Shown here in pieces: positions 39,114 to 49,573 of a stretch of 64,000 nt of DNA. Both the position numbers and the translations under genes were made by a program. The stretch's first letter is position 1; the number at the start of each line of letters is the position of its first letter. Source of the DNA: Candidatus Oxydemutatoraceae bacterium (GTDB lineage Bacteria > Pseudomonadota > Gammaproteobacteria > Poriferisulfidales > Oxydemutatoraceae); contig CBDCOZ010000003.1 in assembly GCA_965220085.1 (NCBI GenBank), positions 64,001 to 128,000 on the forward strand, written 5' to 3'. Under the pieces are notes generated by a model. That model ran no database searches. It was not told the origin of the DNA and saw only the letters and a program-made list of their open reading frames with translations.

Positions 39114-41864
39114 ATGATTCGGCGCTTCCTCTTGTTGCTGGTTCTGCTTGCCCTGTTTGCCGTCTACACCCAGGCCCAGGCCCGCACCGACCAGACAGCG
39201 GGTGACTTCGTAGCGCCGGTCGTCCCCCAGGCTGCGCCCATTGCCGTAGGCCCTTCGGCGCCCGTGGGGGCGCTGACCAGCGCCACCGCCGACAATCCGC
39301 ACTACTTCACGGCCAATGACTTCGGTTTTGTGGACTTCGACGGCGACCGTCTGCAAAGTGTGATCATAAAGACTCTGCCGAATCTTGGCACCCTGAGGGT
39401 AGGCGCCGCTAATGTTGTCATAGGCGCCAACAATACTGTGGCGATGATGGCCATCGCCACCCTGAACTATTACCCCCCATCGGGTCAGTCCCCGCAATCG
39501 AACTACGCCAGTTTCACCTTCAGTGTCACCGCCGGCGATGAGGAATCCAACATCGCCGCCGTCCGCATAGACCTGCGCGCAACCGCTCAGGTGGCCGCCA
39601 CCGGCATGCCCGACATAGCATCTGTGCGCTCCGGCCTGCTCAATGCCGCCCATTACGACAAGGACGAGGAGCTGTTTGGCCTGGCCATTTTCAACGGCAT
39701 CACCAACCTGCAAGTCCAACGCAGCTCAATCATCCAGAACGGCGGCGCGACCGCCTTTGCCTCCGCCGCCTTAGGCGCCATCAGCGACCACAACGGCATC
39801 GGCTCAAGCATCAGTTGGCAATGGCAACAGTCCGCTACCAGCGATGGCACATATGCGCCCGTCAGCGGTGCCAACCCAGTCAGAGTCACCACAACCATCA
39901 ACAGAATCACCCCGCGCCAGGCCCAGGTGGGCAAATACATCCGCGCCTGCGTCACCTTCAATGACCTCCACGCCACCTCCAACTCCGAGACGCTGTGTTC
40001 CGCCAGCGCCCGCATAGTGGATGGCGGCGAACGCCCTGCCGGCGGCGACAGCACCGTCAGTGTGCCGGACAACGCCAACGCCGCCAGCCCGCACCGCTTT
40101 GCCGCCGCCGACTTCCCCTTCAGCGATACGGGCGGCGATACCATCAACGGCATCCGCATAATATCCCTGCCCTCCAGGGGCACGCTGGCGGTGGCGGGCG
40201 ATACCAATGTCACCATAGCCGTCGGCACCGAACTCAGCCAGGCGCAGTTGAACGCCCTGGCCTACTACCCGGATGCCTACGCCAGCCCCGAGCCGGGCTA
40301 TGCCACCTTCACATACCGGGTACACGATAGCGGCAGCGATGACGCCACCAACACCGCCACCGGCGATTCCACCCTTACCATAGATCTGGCTCCCACCACC
40401 ACAGAACAGGTCGCCGCCAGCGGTCGCCCGGACTTTACCGGCGGCGCCACCCAGGGCCAGACCCTGAGCGCCGCCATCGGCACAGTGCGCGATGCCAACG
40501 GCATCAACCGGGATACCATCGCCTGGCAATGGTATCAAGCCCCCACCGATGCCGATGTTTTTCCCCCTACCGGCGACTTCGTCCCCATAGCGGATGCCGC
40601 AGAGGCCGAGCTTGTGCTCACCCAGGCCCAGGTGGGGCATCTTGTGCGCGTCTGCATCAGTTTCACCGACACCCACAGCGCCCCCAACCCCGAAGGCCCG
40701 CTCTGCTCCATCATCTTTTTCATACAGAACATCAACGATGCCCCCACCGGCGACGACACCATTGTGATGGTACCTGCCGCCGCCGCCGCCGCCAGCCCGC
40801 ACAACTTTGAGCGCGGCGATTTTCCATTCATGGATATAGATGGCGATGATCTGGCCGGCATCCGCATAGCCAGCCTGCCGACAGGCGGCACGCTGGTGGT
40901 GGCGGGCGATGCCAGTGTCACCATAGCCGTCGGCACCGACCTGACTCTGGCACATCTGGATGCTCTGGCCTGGTATCCCCATGACAACGCCACCCCAGGC
41001 AATGGCTACGACAGTTTCACCTACTGGGTGCGCGATGATATGGGCGGAAGCGCCTCCATCGCGCAGGACGCATCCACCCTCACGATAGATCTCATCAGCG
41101 CAACCCCGACCGCCGCCGGCGGTCAGCCCGCCATCAGCGGCGCCGCCACCCAGGGCCAAACCCTGAGCGCCGCCATCGGCACAGTGCGCGATGCCAACGG
41201 CCTGAACCCCGCGACCTTGCGTTGGCAATGGTATGCGGCCGCGCCGGACGACGGCTCGGCGCCGGCGGCGGACAGCAGCGCCTGGGCCGCCATAGCCGAT
41301 GCCACCGCCGCCGCCTTCATCCCGGCCCAGGCCCAGGTGGGCATGCACATCCGCGTCTGCGCATTCTTTATGGACAGCCACGCCACCAGCCCGGCAGCCG
41401 AAGGCGGCACCGTCGTCGCTCCCACGCTGTGCTCCGCAGCCAGTGCGCAGGTTGCCAATGTAAACGATGCGCCGATGACCGAAGACAGCGAAGTGTCCGT
41501 GCCCGCCACGGCCACTGCGATGATGCCCTATGCATTCAAGGCGAGCGACTTCCCCTTTGCCGATGAGGACGGTGACTCTCTGCAAAGTATCACCATCACC
41601 GGCATGCCGACCAAGGGCGCCTTGCGCGCGGGTACGACGATTATCACCGCAAGCAATGTGCCATACGAGGCAAGCGACATCCCCGAACTCAACTACTACC
41701 CGGAGGTGACCGAGACTGAAGTGGAAGCGGAGCGAAACTATGCCTCATTTCGATTCACTGTCAGCGATGGCATGGCGAGCAGTGCGCCTGCCACCATGAG
41801 CATACATCTGGGTGCCGACCTGCGCCTGCGCTTGCGCATCTTCCTTGAAGGGCCGCTGCGATAG
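39114..41864 (+). CDS. Secreted cadherin/Ig-like repeat protein with C-terminal tag (member 3)
   Basis: Signal peptide, four cadherin-like and three Ig-like modules. Ends LRLRLRIFLEGPLR. Confidence 0.85.
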   Translation: MIRRFLLLLVLLALFAVYTQAQARTDQTAGDFVAPVVPQAAPIAVGPSAPVGALTSATADNPHYFTANDFGFVDFDGDRLQSVIIKTLPNLGTLRVGAANVVIGANNTVAMMAIATLNYYPPSGQSPQSNYASFTFSVTAGDEESNIAAVRIDLRATAQVAATGMPDIASVRSGLLNAAHYDKDEELFGLAIFNGITNLQVQRSSIIQNGGATAFASAALGAISDHNGIGSSISWQWQQSATSDGTYAPVSGANPVRVTTTINRITPRQAQVGKYIRACVTFNDLHATSNSETLCSASARIVDGGERPAGGDSTVSVPDNANAASPHRFAAADFPFSDTGGDTINGIRIISLPSRGTLAVAGDTNVTIAVGTELSQAQLNALAYYPDAYASPEPGYATFTYRVHDSGSDDATNTATGDSTLTIDLAPTTTEQVAASGRPDFTGGATQGQTLSAAIGTVRDANGINRDTIAWQWYQAPTDADVFPPTGDFVPIADAAEAELVLTQAQVGHLVRVCISFTDTHSAPNPEGPLCSIIFFIQNINDAPTGDDTIVMVPAAAAAASPHNFERGDFPFMDIDGDDLAGIRIASLPTGGTLVVAGDASVTIAVGTDLTLAHLDALAWYPHDNATPGNGYDSFTYWVRDDMGGSASIAQDASTLTIDLISATPTAAGGQPAISGAATQGQTLSAAIGTVRDANGLNPATLRWQWYAAAPDDGSAPAADSSAWAAIADATAAAFIPAQAQVGMHIRVCAFFMDSHATSPAAEGGTVVAPTLCSAASAQVANVNDAPMTEDSEVSVPATATAMMPYAFKASDFPFADEDGDSLQSITITGMPTKGALRAGTTIITASNVPYEASDIPELNYYPEVTETEVEAERNYASFRFTVSDGMASSAPATMSIHLGADLRLRLRIFLEGPLR

Positions 41865-42209
41865 CGCGAGAACCCTCATCGCAAGACTTGCGCTAACACG
41901 CTTCCTTGTGGCAAGCAATACTCTCCCCTTGTGGGAGAGTTGGAAAGGATAAGCAACGCATACCGTCCGTACGGCGGACTTCGCCGACTCTCTCGCAAGC
42001 GAAGCGCCATGACGGCGCTCCGCAAATGCTTCTTTGCGCAGAAAAACCGCGGCGTGAATTGATGCGATTAGACCGTTCGTCAGACAATCTATGCCGCCTG
42101 TCCTATTCGGTTGGCTACAACTCCTAAAGCAGTGTTACTATCGGGCACAAGGCTGTTGACTATAGCCTTCGAGTTAGTGTTATTATCCAATGTGGAGGTG
42201 TAAATAATT

Positions 42210-43150
42210 ATGAAAAAAACTAAAGACTTAAAAGCAGAAGATACGGCGGGGGTTGCTTATGACCCCGTCGATAACTTGACCGGCGCGGGCTTTGACAAAC
42301 AGAAAGCAGACGCGATTGCCAACGAGCAACTTGCGCTGGTGCGCAGACATCTGCGCACTCTGCTAACCAGAGAAGAGTTTGCCAAGTTTGAAGCAGTGAC
42401 TCAAAAAGAATTTGACAAGTTTGAGTTAGCGCTCAAAGAAAACAGGGCTCAGTGGAAAGAAGAGTTAGACAAGTTTGAGTCAGCCATGAAAGAAGCGCTG
42501 ACCGGTTAGCGACGAAAGAAGAATTGGCCGCTCTTGAAGCAGCCATGAAAGAAGAGCTGACCAAGTTGAGAGAAGCGTTAGACAATCTGGCGACGAAAAA
42601 AGAGATTGCCGAGTTCAAGTCAGAGATCAAAGAACACATAAATCAGTTGGAAAAAGAGCTGACCAAGTTGAGCGAAGAATTGACCAATCTGACGACGAAG
42701 AAAGAGTTAGGCGAGTTCAGCTCAGAGATCAAAGAAAACATAGATCGGTTGGAAAAAGAATTGGCTCGGTTGAGAGAAAAGTTAATTCAGTTTGAATTGG
42801 CAATAAAAGAAGGCTTAGCCAAGTTCAAGTCAGAAACCCAAAAAGACATAGCGCAGTTGCAAAAAGAATTGGACGAGTTCAAGTCAGAAATCAAAAAAGA
42901 GATGAATCAGTTGAGAAGAGAGATAACTGAGTTGAGAAAAGAATTGACCAAGGTGAGAGAAGCGTTAACCGATCTGGCAACCAAAAAGGAGTTAGCCGAG
43001 TTCAGAAAAGACATGGAAAATATGGCAACCAAAAAAGATCTGGAAAATCTGGCGACTAAAGAAGACGTGGCTAAGGCGACAATAGGAATCATAAAGTGGC
43101 TTGTATTAACCGCACTTGCGTTAGCGGCTGCGATAGCCGCATTTATGTGA
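42210..43150 (+). pseudogene. DUF1640/CCDC90-like coiled-coil protein with C-terminal TM segment, frameshifted near 42505
   Basis: AGFDKQKADAI head, repeated LATKKEL necks, C-terminal IIKWLVLTALALAAAI. Split into 42210-42509 and 42524-43150. Confidence 0.75.
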
Positions 43151-43479
43151 CTCTTTGCTTAGGCCTGTGCCGTATCTTGTTCGCGCCGGCTGGGAGGGGC
43201 GCTTCAGAGACAGCGCTCCCTCTCGGGCGTAGCGTAGCCCCGCTGCCGCTCTCCTCTCGCGCCATCCTCGCAATCTCACCGAAGAAGGAGGTTACGCCGC
43301 GCCAAACCGCACAAGACGCAACTTGCGCCATCCCCGCAAGTGCGCCGAAGAGGGAGGCGTGTAGTGAGCGCAAGCGCGCAGCCCGCGCTTGGGGATAGTC
43401 TGCTATAATGCAGGCATTGCCAAAGATGTATGCGCTTGATTGCAGGGCGGGTGCGCGTATCTTATATAATGTGGGTTGC

Positions 43480-43790
43480 ATGCGGAAACTTAATAATGTT
43501 TACACCAATTTACCCCCCGCGCTGGCGGGCAACGATGGCTCGGTTTGGTCTCTTGTTACCGTCGGTGATGCGGCGCAGCCTCCGGCTACTGGTTCTGCTG
43601 ACCCTGTTGGTTATCTGTGCGCAGGCGCAGGCGCAGAACAAAGCCGCCACCGGCGCACCAGCGGTCACGGCGGCAGACAGTGCCGACCTGACCATGGTGG
43701 GGGCCCAATGAGGACATCTTTCTCACCGCCGCCAGAGTCGCCGGTTTGCTCTTGCGGTTGCGTATCTTCTTGGAAGGCCCGCTACGATAG
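43480..43790 (+). pseudogene. Internally deleted member of the tagged family (signal peptide joined almost directly to the tag)
   Basis: LLVICAQAQAQNKAATGAPAVTAADSADLTMVG matches the 5' end of 45702-46912. ARVAGLLLRLRIFLEGPLR* matches its 3' end. Confidence 0.8.
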
Positions 43791-44138
43791 TGCCGAGTAC
43801 CCTGCGGCGGAGAAGGAGAGTGTTTGAGGTGCGCACAAGGGAGTGAGTGCCCCATTTAAGGTAGGCTGCTCCGTCGGTGTTATGGAGTCACACAAGGAGG
43901 TGAGACAGTACGCTTGCAAAGAGGTTGTACTTTGTGGTAGAGTAGACAGCATTAAGCGTACCGGGGCGCATTAAACAACCCACAAACTGAGTGTTGTTTA
44001 TAAGTGCGTTCACCGGATACAGACTAAATATCAGGAGGAAGACTATGATTTGCGGCAGAGCACATAGCATTAAGAGTATCAGCGCTCACTGTACAACTGC
44101 ATTTATCAGAAACAGGAGAGGCCAACAGGAGTAATAAT

Positions 44139-45386
44139 ATGAAGCGAAAAACTTTTAACACTACCCCCCCCCCCCCCCCCCTTAAAATTTTTGGAGGGGT
44201 TTGCGCGGCGATGATGGCCGCTTTGTGTTTCGCATTCGCCGAAACCGCCCAAGCGCAAACCGAAGAATGCCCCGAAGGGGAAACGCGAGTCACGTCAACC
44301 AACAACGGCGCCGGCTGCTTCCCCAACGCCGCAGTTGACATTCTAATGCAATGCGAAGCAGCGGGATGGCTGGGCCGGGAAACGCCCGGCACATTTGTTG
44401 GCCGAGGGGAATTGGGTTGCGGAATCCCCTCATTGCTTTACACATCAGACACCGCCTCCTCCGGATTTTTTTGCTTCCTCCAAGAGCAATCCTCCCTTGG
44501 CGTGAATAGGTCTTGCACGGCAATGTATGGCGACCCGCCGGTCTTTCCGAAAGCGGCGGACCATCCCAATGTCCAAACCGACGGCCTTTCAGCCGGGCCG
44601 CGCTTTGTCGCAAACTGCGACCAGGACGGAGATGCCCCCGGCGGTTATCCGCCCGACCGCAACTTGAACGGCGAAACCGAATGCGTCTGCAATCCGAATT
44701 CGCACTTCGGCGACTGGCCGGACTGCACGGCCTTTCCGACCGGCGCGACGGCGGCGGATAGGGCGAAGGCGCTCAAATGTGTGGCGCAAGGGTGGACTAT
44801 TTCCACCGGCACCGCCCCCATCAAATGCGAAGTCCCGCTGACCTCCGGCGGCGCCGTTTTTGACGGGTGCTTTTTCGGTTCGGGTTCGCCGCTGTGCGCG
44901 GATGTGTTCGGCACGGAGTTCGCCGTGCCGGAAAAGGAGCCTCCGGAATGGGTTTTGAATCTTGCCAACGCCTTCGTCGCAAAGTCCCGAGACGCAACGC
45001 TTACCGATACGGTTAAAGCCGCCGCGGCGGTTTACGCGGCGGCGGTGTGGGCGCGATACGACGGCGATTCGGATTATCTGGACGGCCCCACCGGCAACCA
45101 CGACAGCAGCAGCGACGACGACAAAACCAGCATTGCCCTTTTGGTTTCGGGTCCGGTTTTCACGGCGCATGGAATTCCGTTTGAGTGGCAGCCGGATTTG
45201 TTCCGGATACCGCCTGCGATTCGGCTGGCGTACAGTCGTATTCCGGTGGCGGTTCCGTATGTTTTCAATTGCGGGGAGGGCATGTCTCCGGCAACGGCCA
45301 ACACGGACGGCGCGACGGCATGCGCGGTCGCCGACTCGCCCCTGCGCTTGCGGTTGCGCCTCTTCTTGGAAGGCCCGCTGCGATAG
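44139..45386 (+). CDS. Secreted Cys-rich protein with C-terminal tag; in-frame C18 tract (ON)
   Basis: MKRKTFNTTPPPPP, signal peptide ending AQAQ, Cys-rich modules, LRLRLRLFLEGPLR. RBS AGGAG. Confidence 0.85.
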   Translation: MKRKTFNTTPPPPPLKIFGGVCAAMMAALCFAFAETAQAQTEECPEGETRVTSTNNGAGCFPNAAVDILMQCEAAGWLGRETPGTFVGRGELGCGIPSLLYTSDTASSGFFCFLQEQSSLGVNRSCTAMYGDPPVFPKAADHPNVQTDGLSAGPRFVANCDQDGDAPGGYPPDRNLNGETECVCNPNSHFGDWPDCTAFPTGATAADRAKALKCVAQGWTISTGTAPIKCEVPLTSGGAVFDGCFFGSGSPLCADVFGTEFAVPEKEPPEWVLNLANAFVAKSRDATLTDTVKAAAAVYAAAVWARYDGDSDYLDGPTGNHDSSSDDDKTSIALLVSGPVFTAHGIPFEWQPDLFRIPPAIRLAYSRIPVAVPYVFNCGEGMSPATANTDGATACAVADSPLRLRLRLFLEGPLR

Positions 45387-45701
45387 CGCGAGTAACCGAC
45401 GGCAGAGAAGGAGAGCGTTGCGGGGTGCGCACAAGGGAGTGCGCATACCCCATTTGAGGTAGGCCGCTCCGTCGGTGTCATGGGGTTACACGAAGGTGAG
45501 ACAGTACACTTGCAAAGGACTCGCACTTTGTGGTAGAGTACGCAGTACTAAGAGTGCTCGCACTCATTAGTACAATTTCGTTTGCTAGACAACTATGAGG
45601 AGTAAATACGATGAATCGACAATCTGCCAAAGGCACTTGCACAATGGCTCGCACTGATAGCAGAATAACTGCTACCATAGACTGCTATTAGGAGTAATAC
45701 T

Positions 45702-46912
45702 ATGAATAAACAAGTTTTTAATACTGCCCCCCCCCCCCCCCCCCCTCGCACTGGAGGACAGCACTAACCCGGCTTAGCCTCTGGTCGCTTATTCTGCCGG
45801 CCCTGCTCGCCGTCTGCGCTCAGGCGCAGGCGCAGAACGCCACCGGCGCACCGGCGGTCACGGCGGTGGACAGTGCCGACCTGACCATGGTGGGACCCAA
45901 TGAGAGCATCTCTCTCGTCGCCGCCCGGGGCACCATAGCCGATGCCGATGGCATAACCACATTCGCGCCCGCCTGGCAGTGGCGACAGGCCGATGCCCCG
46001 ACCTCCGGCACCCCGGCGGACAGCGCCTACACCGCCATAGCCGATGCCACCACCGCCATCTTCGTGCCCCGGCAGGCCCAGACCGGCAAGTTTCTGCGCG
46101 TCTGCGCCACCTTTGACGATGATGCCGGCAACAGCGAGACCCGATGCTGGACCTCCGTCGCCGCCGTTGTTGATGTCAACAATGCACCCACCACCGGCTC
46201 CAACCCTGTGGATGTGCCATCCAATGCCACTGCCGCGGCACCATACACCTTTAAGGAATCCGACTTCCCATTCATGGATGCGGACGGCGACACCCTGTTC
46301 GGAATCATCGTAGTCGAAAACCCGGACTCAAGCAAGGGCACATTGCTCCATGCGGGCGCGGCCATAGCCGATGGTGGCAACATACCCCGGTCCGGTCTGG
46401 GCCAGATCACCTACTACCCTGATGTGGGCGCCAGGCCCAAAGTCAACTATGACAGTTTCACCTTCCGGGTGCAGGACAGCAGCACCGACAGACTGACCAG
46501 CAATCTCCGCGCCATAATCATCAACCTCCGCAATCCCAATCAGGTGGCCGCCACCGGCACTGCCACCATAACCCCGGCCACCACCGCCGACAACCCCACC
46601 CACGCCGAGGGCACCGGGCTGTTCGCTTCCATCCTGCGAATCAGAGACGACAACGGCATAAACGCCAGCACCGTGGAATATGAATGGCAACAGTCCGCCA
46701 GTGCCAATGGCCCGTTCACCGCCATAGCCGGGGCCACCGCCAACGCATTCACCCCGGAGCAGGCTCAGGCGGGGAAGCACATCAGAGTCTGCATAAGTTT
46801 TATGGATTCTCACAGCACCCCCAACGACGAGGGGCCGTTCTGCTCTGCCGCCGCCAGAGTCGCCGGTTTGCGCTTGCGGTTGCGCCTCTTCTTGGAAGGC
46901 CCGCTGCGATAG
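45702..46912 (+). CDS. Secreted Ig/cadherin-like protein with C-terminal tag; C19 tract out of frame (OFF)
   Basis: AGGAG-ATG 45702 (MNKQVFNTA), C19 at 45727-45745. The downstream frame encodes the signal peptide LWSLILPALLAVCAQAQAQ with no ATG of its own. Confidence 0.8.
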
Positions 46913-46945
46913 CGCGAGTAACCGACGGCAGAGAAGGAGAGTGTC

Positions 46946-47204
46946 TTAACGATTAATTTTTCTGCGATGACCGATGGCGTGAATGGTGACAATTTTATCT
47001 TCGTGGGAAAGGGTGTAAAGAATGCGGTAATCGCTGACGCGCAAACATCTCTGCCCATAAAGACCGTATAGGTTTGCCATAAGAAAGCGGATCGCGCATC
47101 AGCCGCGTTTCAATAGCGCGTTTAATCAATTCTGCGGCGCTCTTAGGCAGGGCGGGCATATCATCTGTGACAACTTTTTGCGCATACTCAACCTTGTAAG
47201 TCAT
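46946..47204 (-). pseudogene. RelE/ParE family toxin, frameshifted near 47060
   Basis: MTYKVEY...DPLSYGKP in one frame, LRVSDYRILY...IHAIGHRR in another. Confidence 0.8.
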
Positions 47205-47231
47205 CCGGCAGACAGGCAAGCGCAGGCTCTG

Positions 47232-47453
47232 CTACCAAGCGTCTTTATGCGCGACACGCCGGCCTGTATCTTCGCTGATGCGGTGATTGCTGATGTCGGA
47301 CCGCAGGCGGTCTTCTTGCAGTTCCAGAGCCTCACGAATGAGAGCAACCGCCAGCGCAGAAACAGGTTGCCGACGTCCCTCGGCAAGCTTTGCCAATTCG
47401 CTGCCGGTTTCGGCATCCAATGTGACCCGTATTTGTGAACGTGGATTTGACAT
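47232..47453 (-). CDS. Ribbon-helix-helix antitoxin
   Basis: RVTLD...VSALAVALIREALELQED...VAHKDAW. Upstream of the RelE remnant. Confidence 0.75.
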   Translation of the reverse strand: MSNPRSQIRVTLDAETGSELAKLAEGRRQPVSALAVALIREALELQEDRLRSDISNHRISEDTGRRVAHKDAW

Positions 47454-47655
47454 GTTTTCCTTTTCGCTTGCTTTGTCGGGCAAGTCTATCACCCCTTATG
47501 CGAAAAGGCAAATGTGCGGGCATCAAGCCTCGCGGGGAAACCACAGGGAGAACATCTCCGCCCTAAGCAAAGTGAATCATGCCAGAAACATTCCGGATTC
47601 CCGGCATCAACACGAGTTGCTGTAATATCAACACCCCAGCCGCTCCCTGCCGCCC

Positions 47656-47700
47656 CTGCGCCTGCGGCTGCGTCTCTTCCTGGAAGGCCCGTTGCGATAG
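47656..47700 (+). repeat. Orphan copy of the C-terminal tag coding sequence
   Basis: Reads LRLRLRLFLEGPLR* with no passenger gene upstream. Confidence 0.85.
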
Positions 47701-47873
47701 CGGGCGCTATCGCTTTCCCCTCGCCGGCGCACTCGCGGGGATGGCGCGAGGGGTGTGTTATGGAACACAGTAAGTAAGAGCACAAACGATAAAAAAGCCA
47801 CAAACAGTTAAGTATTGTTTGTGCTCTCATTACTGTTTGTGGCTTCTTAGGGACAGCCACCGCCAGGCTACCC

Positions 47874-48075
47874 GCCAGCCGCTTAATCTCGCCGCCTCCC
47901 GCAGGGGAGTTATGCAATGAGCCGGGCGCGATTCGGATTCTGACGCGACTCCGCAGGGGAATTGCCCGCACCGGCTCCTCCGAGCCGCCAGCCGCCTGAG
48001 TTTGCCGCCTCCCGCAGGGGGTTATGCAATGAGCCGGGCGCGGTTCAGGTTCTGACGCGACTCCCGCAGGGAGGC
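47874..48075. repeat. About 113-bp imperfect tandem repeat with CTCCCGCAGGG(G)AG hairpins
   Basis: GCCGCCTCCCGCAGGGGG..TTATGCAATGAGCCGGGCGCG..TTCTGACGCGACTCC occurs twice. Confidence 0.75.
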
Positions 48076-48128
48076 GTCATGGTCAGGGGGGAGCGATATA
48101 TGCGGATGTAGCATAGAATACGCAGGCG

Positions 48129-48248
48129 ATGCAGAAAGTTTTATATCCATTTATTCTGATGACGATGTTGTTGCTTGCCGCATGCGGCGAGCGCGGCGAT
48201 TTGTACCTGCCCGACGACGAGCGCAATGAGACGCGCGCCGCCCGATAG
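48129..48248 (+). CDS. lptM: Small lipoprotein LptM/LppL (not in the ORF track)
   Basis: MQKVLYPFILMTMLLLAACGERGDLYLP: lipobox LAAC plus the CGxxGxLYLP motif, immediately before lysA. Confidence 0.85.
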   Translation: MQKVLYPFILMTMLLLAACGERGDLYLPDDERNETRAAR

Positions 48249-48258
48249 ATTTTAAGTT

Positions 48259-49545
48259 ATGCAAGAGCGACTCCCCCCCAATAGCAATCTGCATCGGGAC
48301 GGCAAGCGTCTGCGCATGGAGGGTGTGCGGCTTGACAAGATCGCGCACGAAGCGGGCACGCCGGTGTATGTGTATTCGCGCGCGGCGATAGAAGACAACT
48401 GGCGCCGCTGCGATGCGGCGTTCGGGACGCAAGCGCATCTTGTTTGCTATGCGGTCAAGGCGTGTTCAAATCTGGCGGTGTTGTCTTTGCTGGCGCAACT
48501 CGGCAGCGGTTTTGACATCGTATCGGTCGGCGAGTTGACGCGGGTGCTAAAGGCCGGCGGCGACCCGCGAAAAGTTTTCTTCTCCGGCGTCGGCAAGCGG
48601 GCGGATGAGATAGAACGGGCATTGCTCGCCGGCATCGCTTGCTTTAACGTTGAGTCGGCGTCCGAGTTGGACGTTCTCGCCCGTCAGGCGTCGCTCACCG
48701 GCTGTCGGGCGTCGGTGGCGATACGCATCAATCCCGATGTCGATGCGGATACGCACCCGCACATCGCGACGGGACGGCACCGCGACAAGTTCGGAGTCAC
48801 CGCCGCACAGGCGCCGGAGTTATACGAGCGGGTGCGCGAACATCCGTTGCTGGAAGCGCGCGGGGTCGATTGCCACATAGGCTCGCAGATAAAAGACCCC
48901 GCGATCTATGCCGAAGCGGCGGCGCGCATCGTTGAGTTTGCCGACCGGCTGTGCGCGGACGGGCACGCCATTGAACATATCGATGTCGGCGGCGGCTTTG
49001 CCATCGCTTATGACGACGAGCAAGCGACGCCGGTTGAAGACCACATCAAGGCCATCGTCGCCGCTGCGGACGGGCGGCCGTATCGGATTGTGATTGAGCC
49101 CGGACGCGCGGTGGTCGGCGAGGCGGGCGCGCTTGTCACCCAAGTGCTGTACATAAAACACATGCCGCAAAAAAACTTCGCTGTCGTTGACGCGGCGATG
49201 AACGACCTGTTGCGTCCGGCGCTTTATCAGGCGCGGCACGGCATCGTCCCGCTGGAAACGCGCAACGGCGAGGCCGCGACATACGATATCGTCGGGCCGG
49301 TGTGCGAGAGCGGCGACACGCTCGCCGCCAATCGGGAGATGGTTCTCGGCGAAGGGCAACGGCTTGCGATCCTGTCCGCCGGCGCGTACGGCTTTTCTAT
49401 GGCGGGAGGGTATAACTCCAGACCGCGGGCTGCGGAAGTGATGGTCGACGGCGATGACTGGCACATCGTGCGTCTGCGCGAGAGCCTCGACGATTTGACA
49501 GACGGCGAGTGTGCCTTGCCGGACGGCGATGCGACGGATTCTTGA
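48259..49545 (+). CDS. lysA: Diaminopimelate decarboxylase
   Basis: YAVKACSN, HIGSQ, IEPGR, GPVCESGD and AGAYG...YNSRPR. Confidence 0.97.
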   Translation: MQERLPPNSNLHRDGKRLRMEGVRLDKIAHEAGTPVYVYSRAAIEDNWRRCDAAFGTQAHLVCYAVKACSNLAVLSLLAQLGSGFDIVSVGELTRVLKAGGDPRKVFFSGVGKRADEIERALLAGIACFNVESASELDVLARQASLTGCRASVAIRINPDVDADTHPHIATGRHRDKFGVTAAQAPELYERVREHPLLEARGVDCHIGSQIKDPAIYAEAAARIVEFADRLCADGHAIEHIDVGGGFAIAYDDEQATPVEDHIKAIVAAADGRPYRIVIEPGRAVVGEAGALVTQVLYIKHMPQKNFAVVDAAMNDLLRPALYQARHGIVPLETRNGEAATYDIVGPVCESGDTLAANREMVLGEGQRLAILSAGAYGFSMAGGYNSRPRAAEVMVDGDDWHIVRLRESLDDLTDGECALPDGDATDS

Positions 49546-49573
49546 ATGCCCCCTCGTGTATTGACCCGAAGCA

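Noticed and set aside
39804-41585. 593-aa minus-strand ORF and similar antisense ORFs over the adhesin genes
   Set aside because: Expected from GC-rich codon bias on the opposite strand of real genes.
32441-47700. Tagged-gene array as an integron, shufflon or DGR
   Set aside because: There is no IntI, Rci or reverse transcriptase in the window. The only recombinase is XerC in its normal context. Tag DNA varies synonymously, and the genes have their own promoters.
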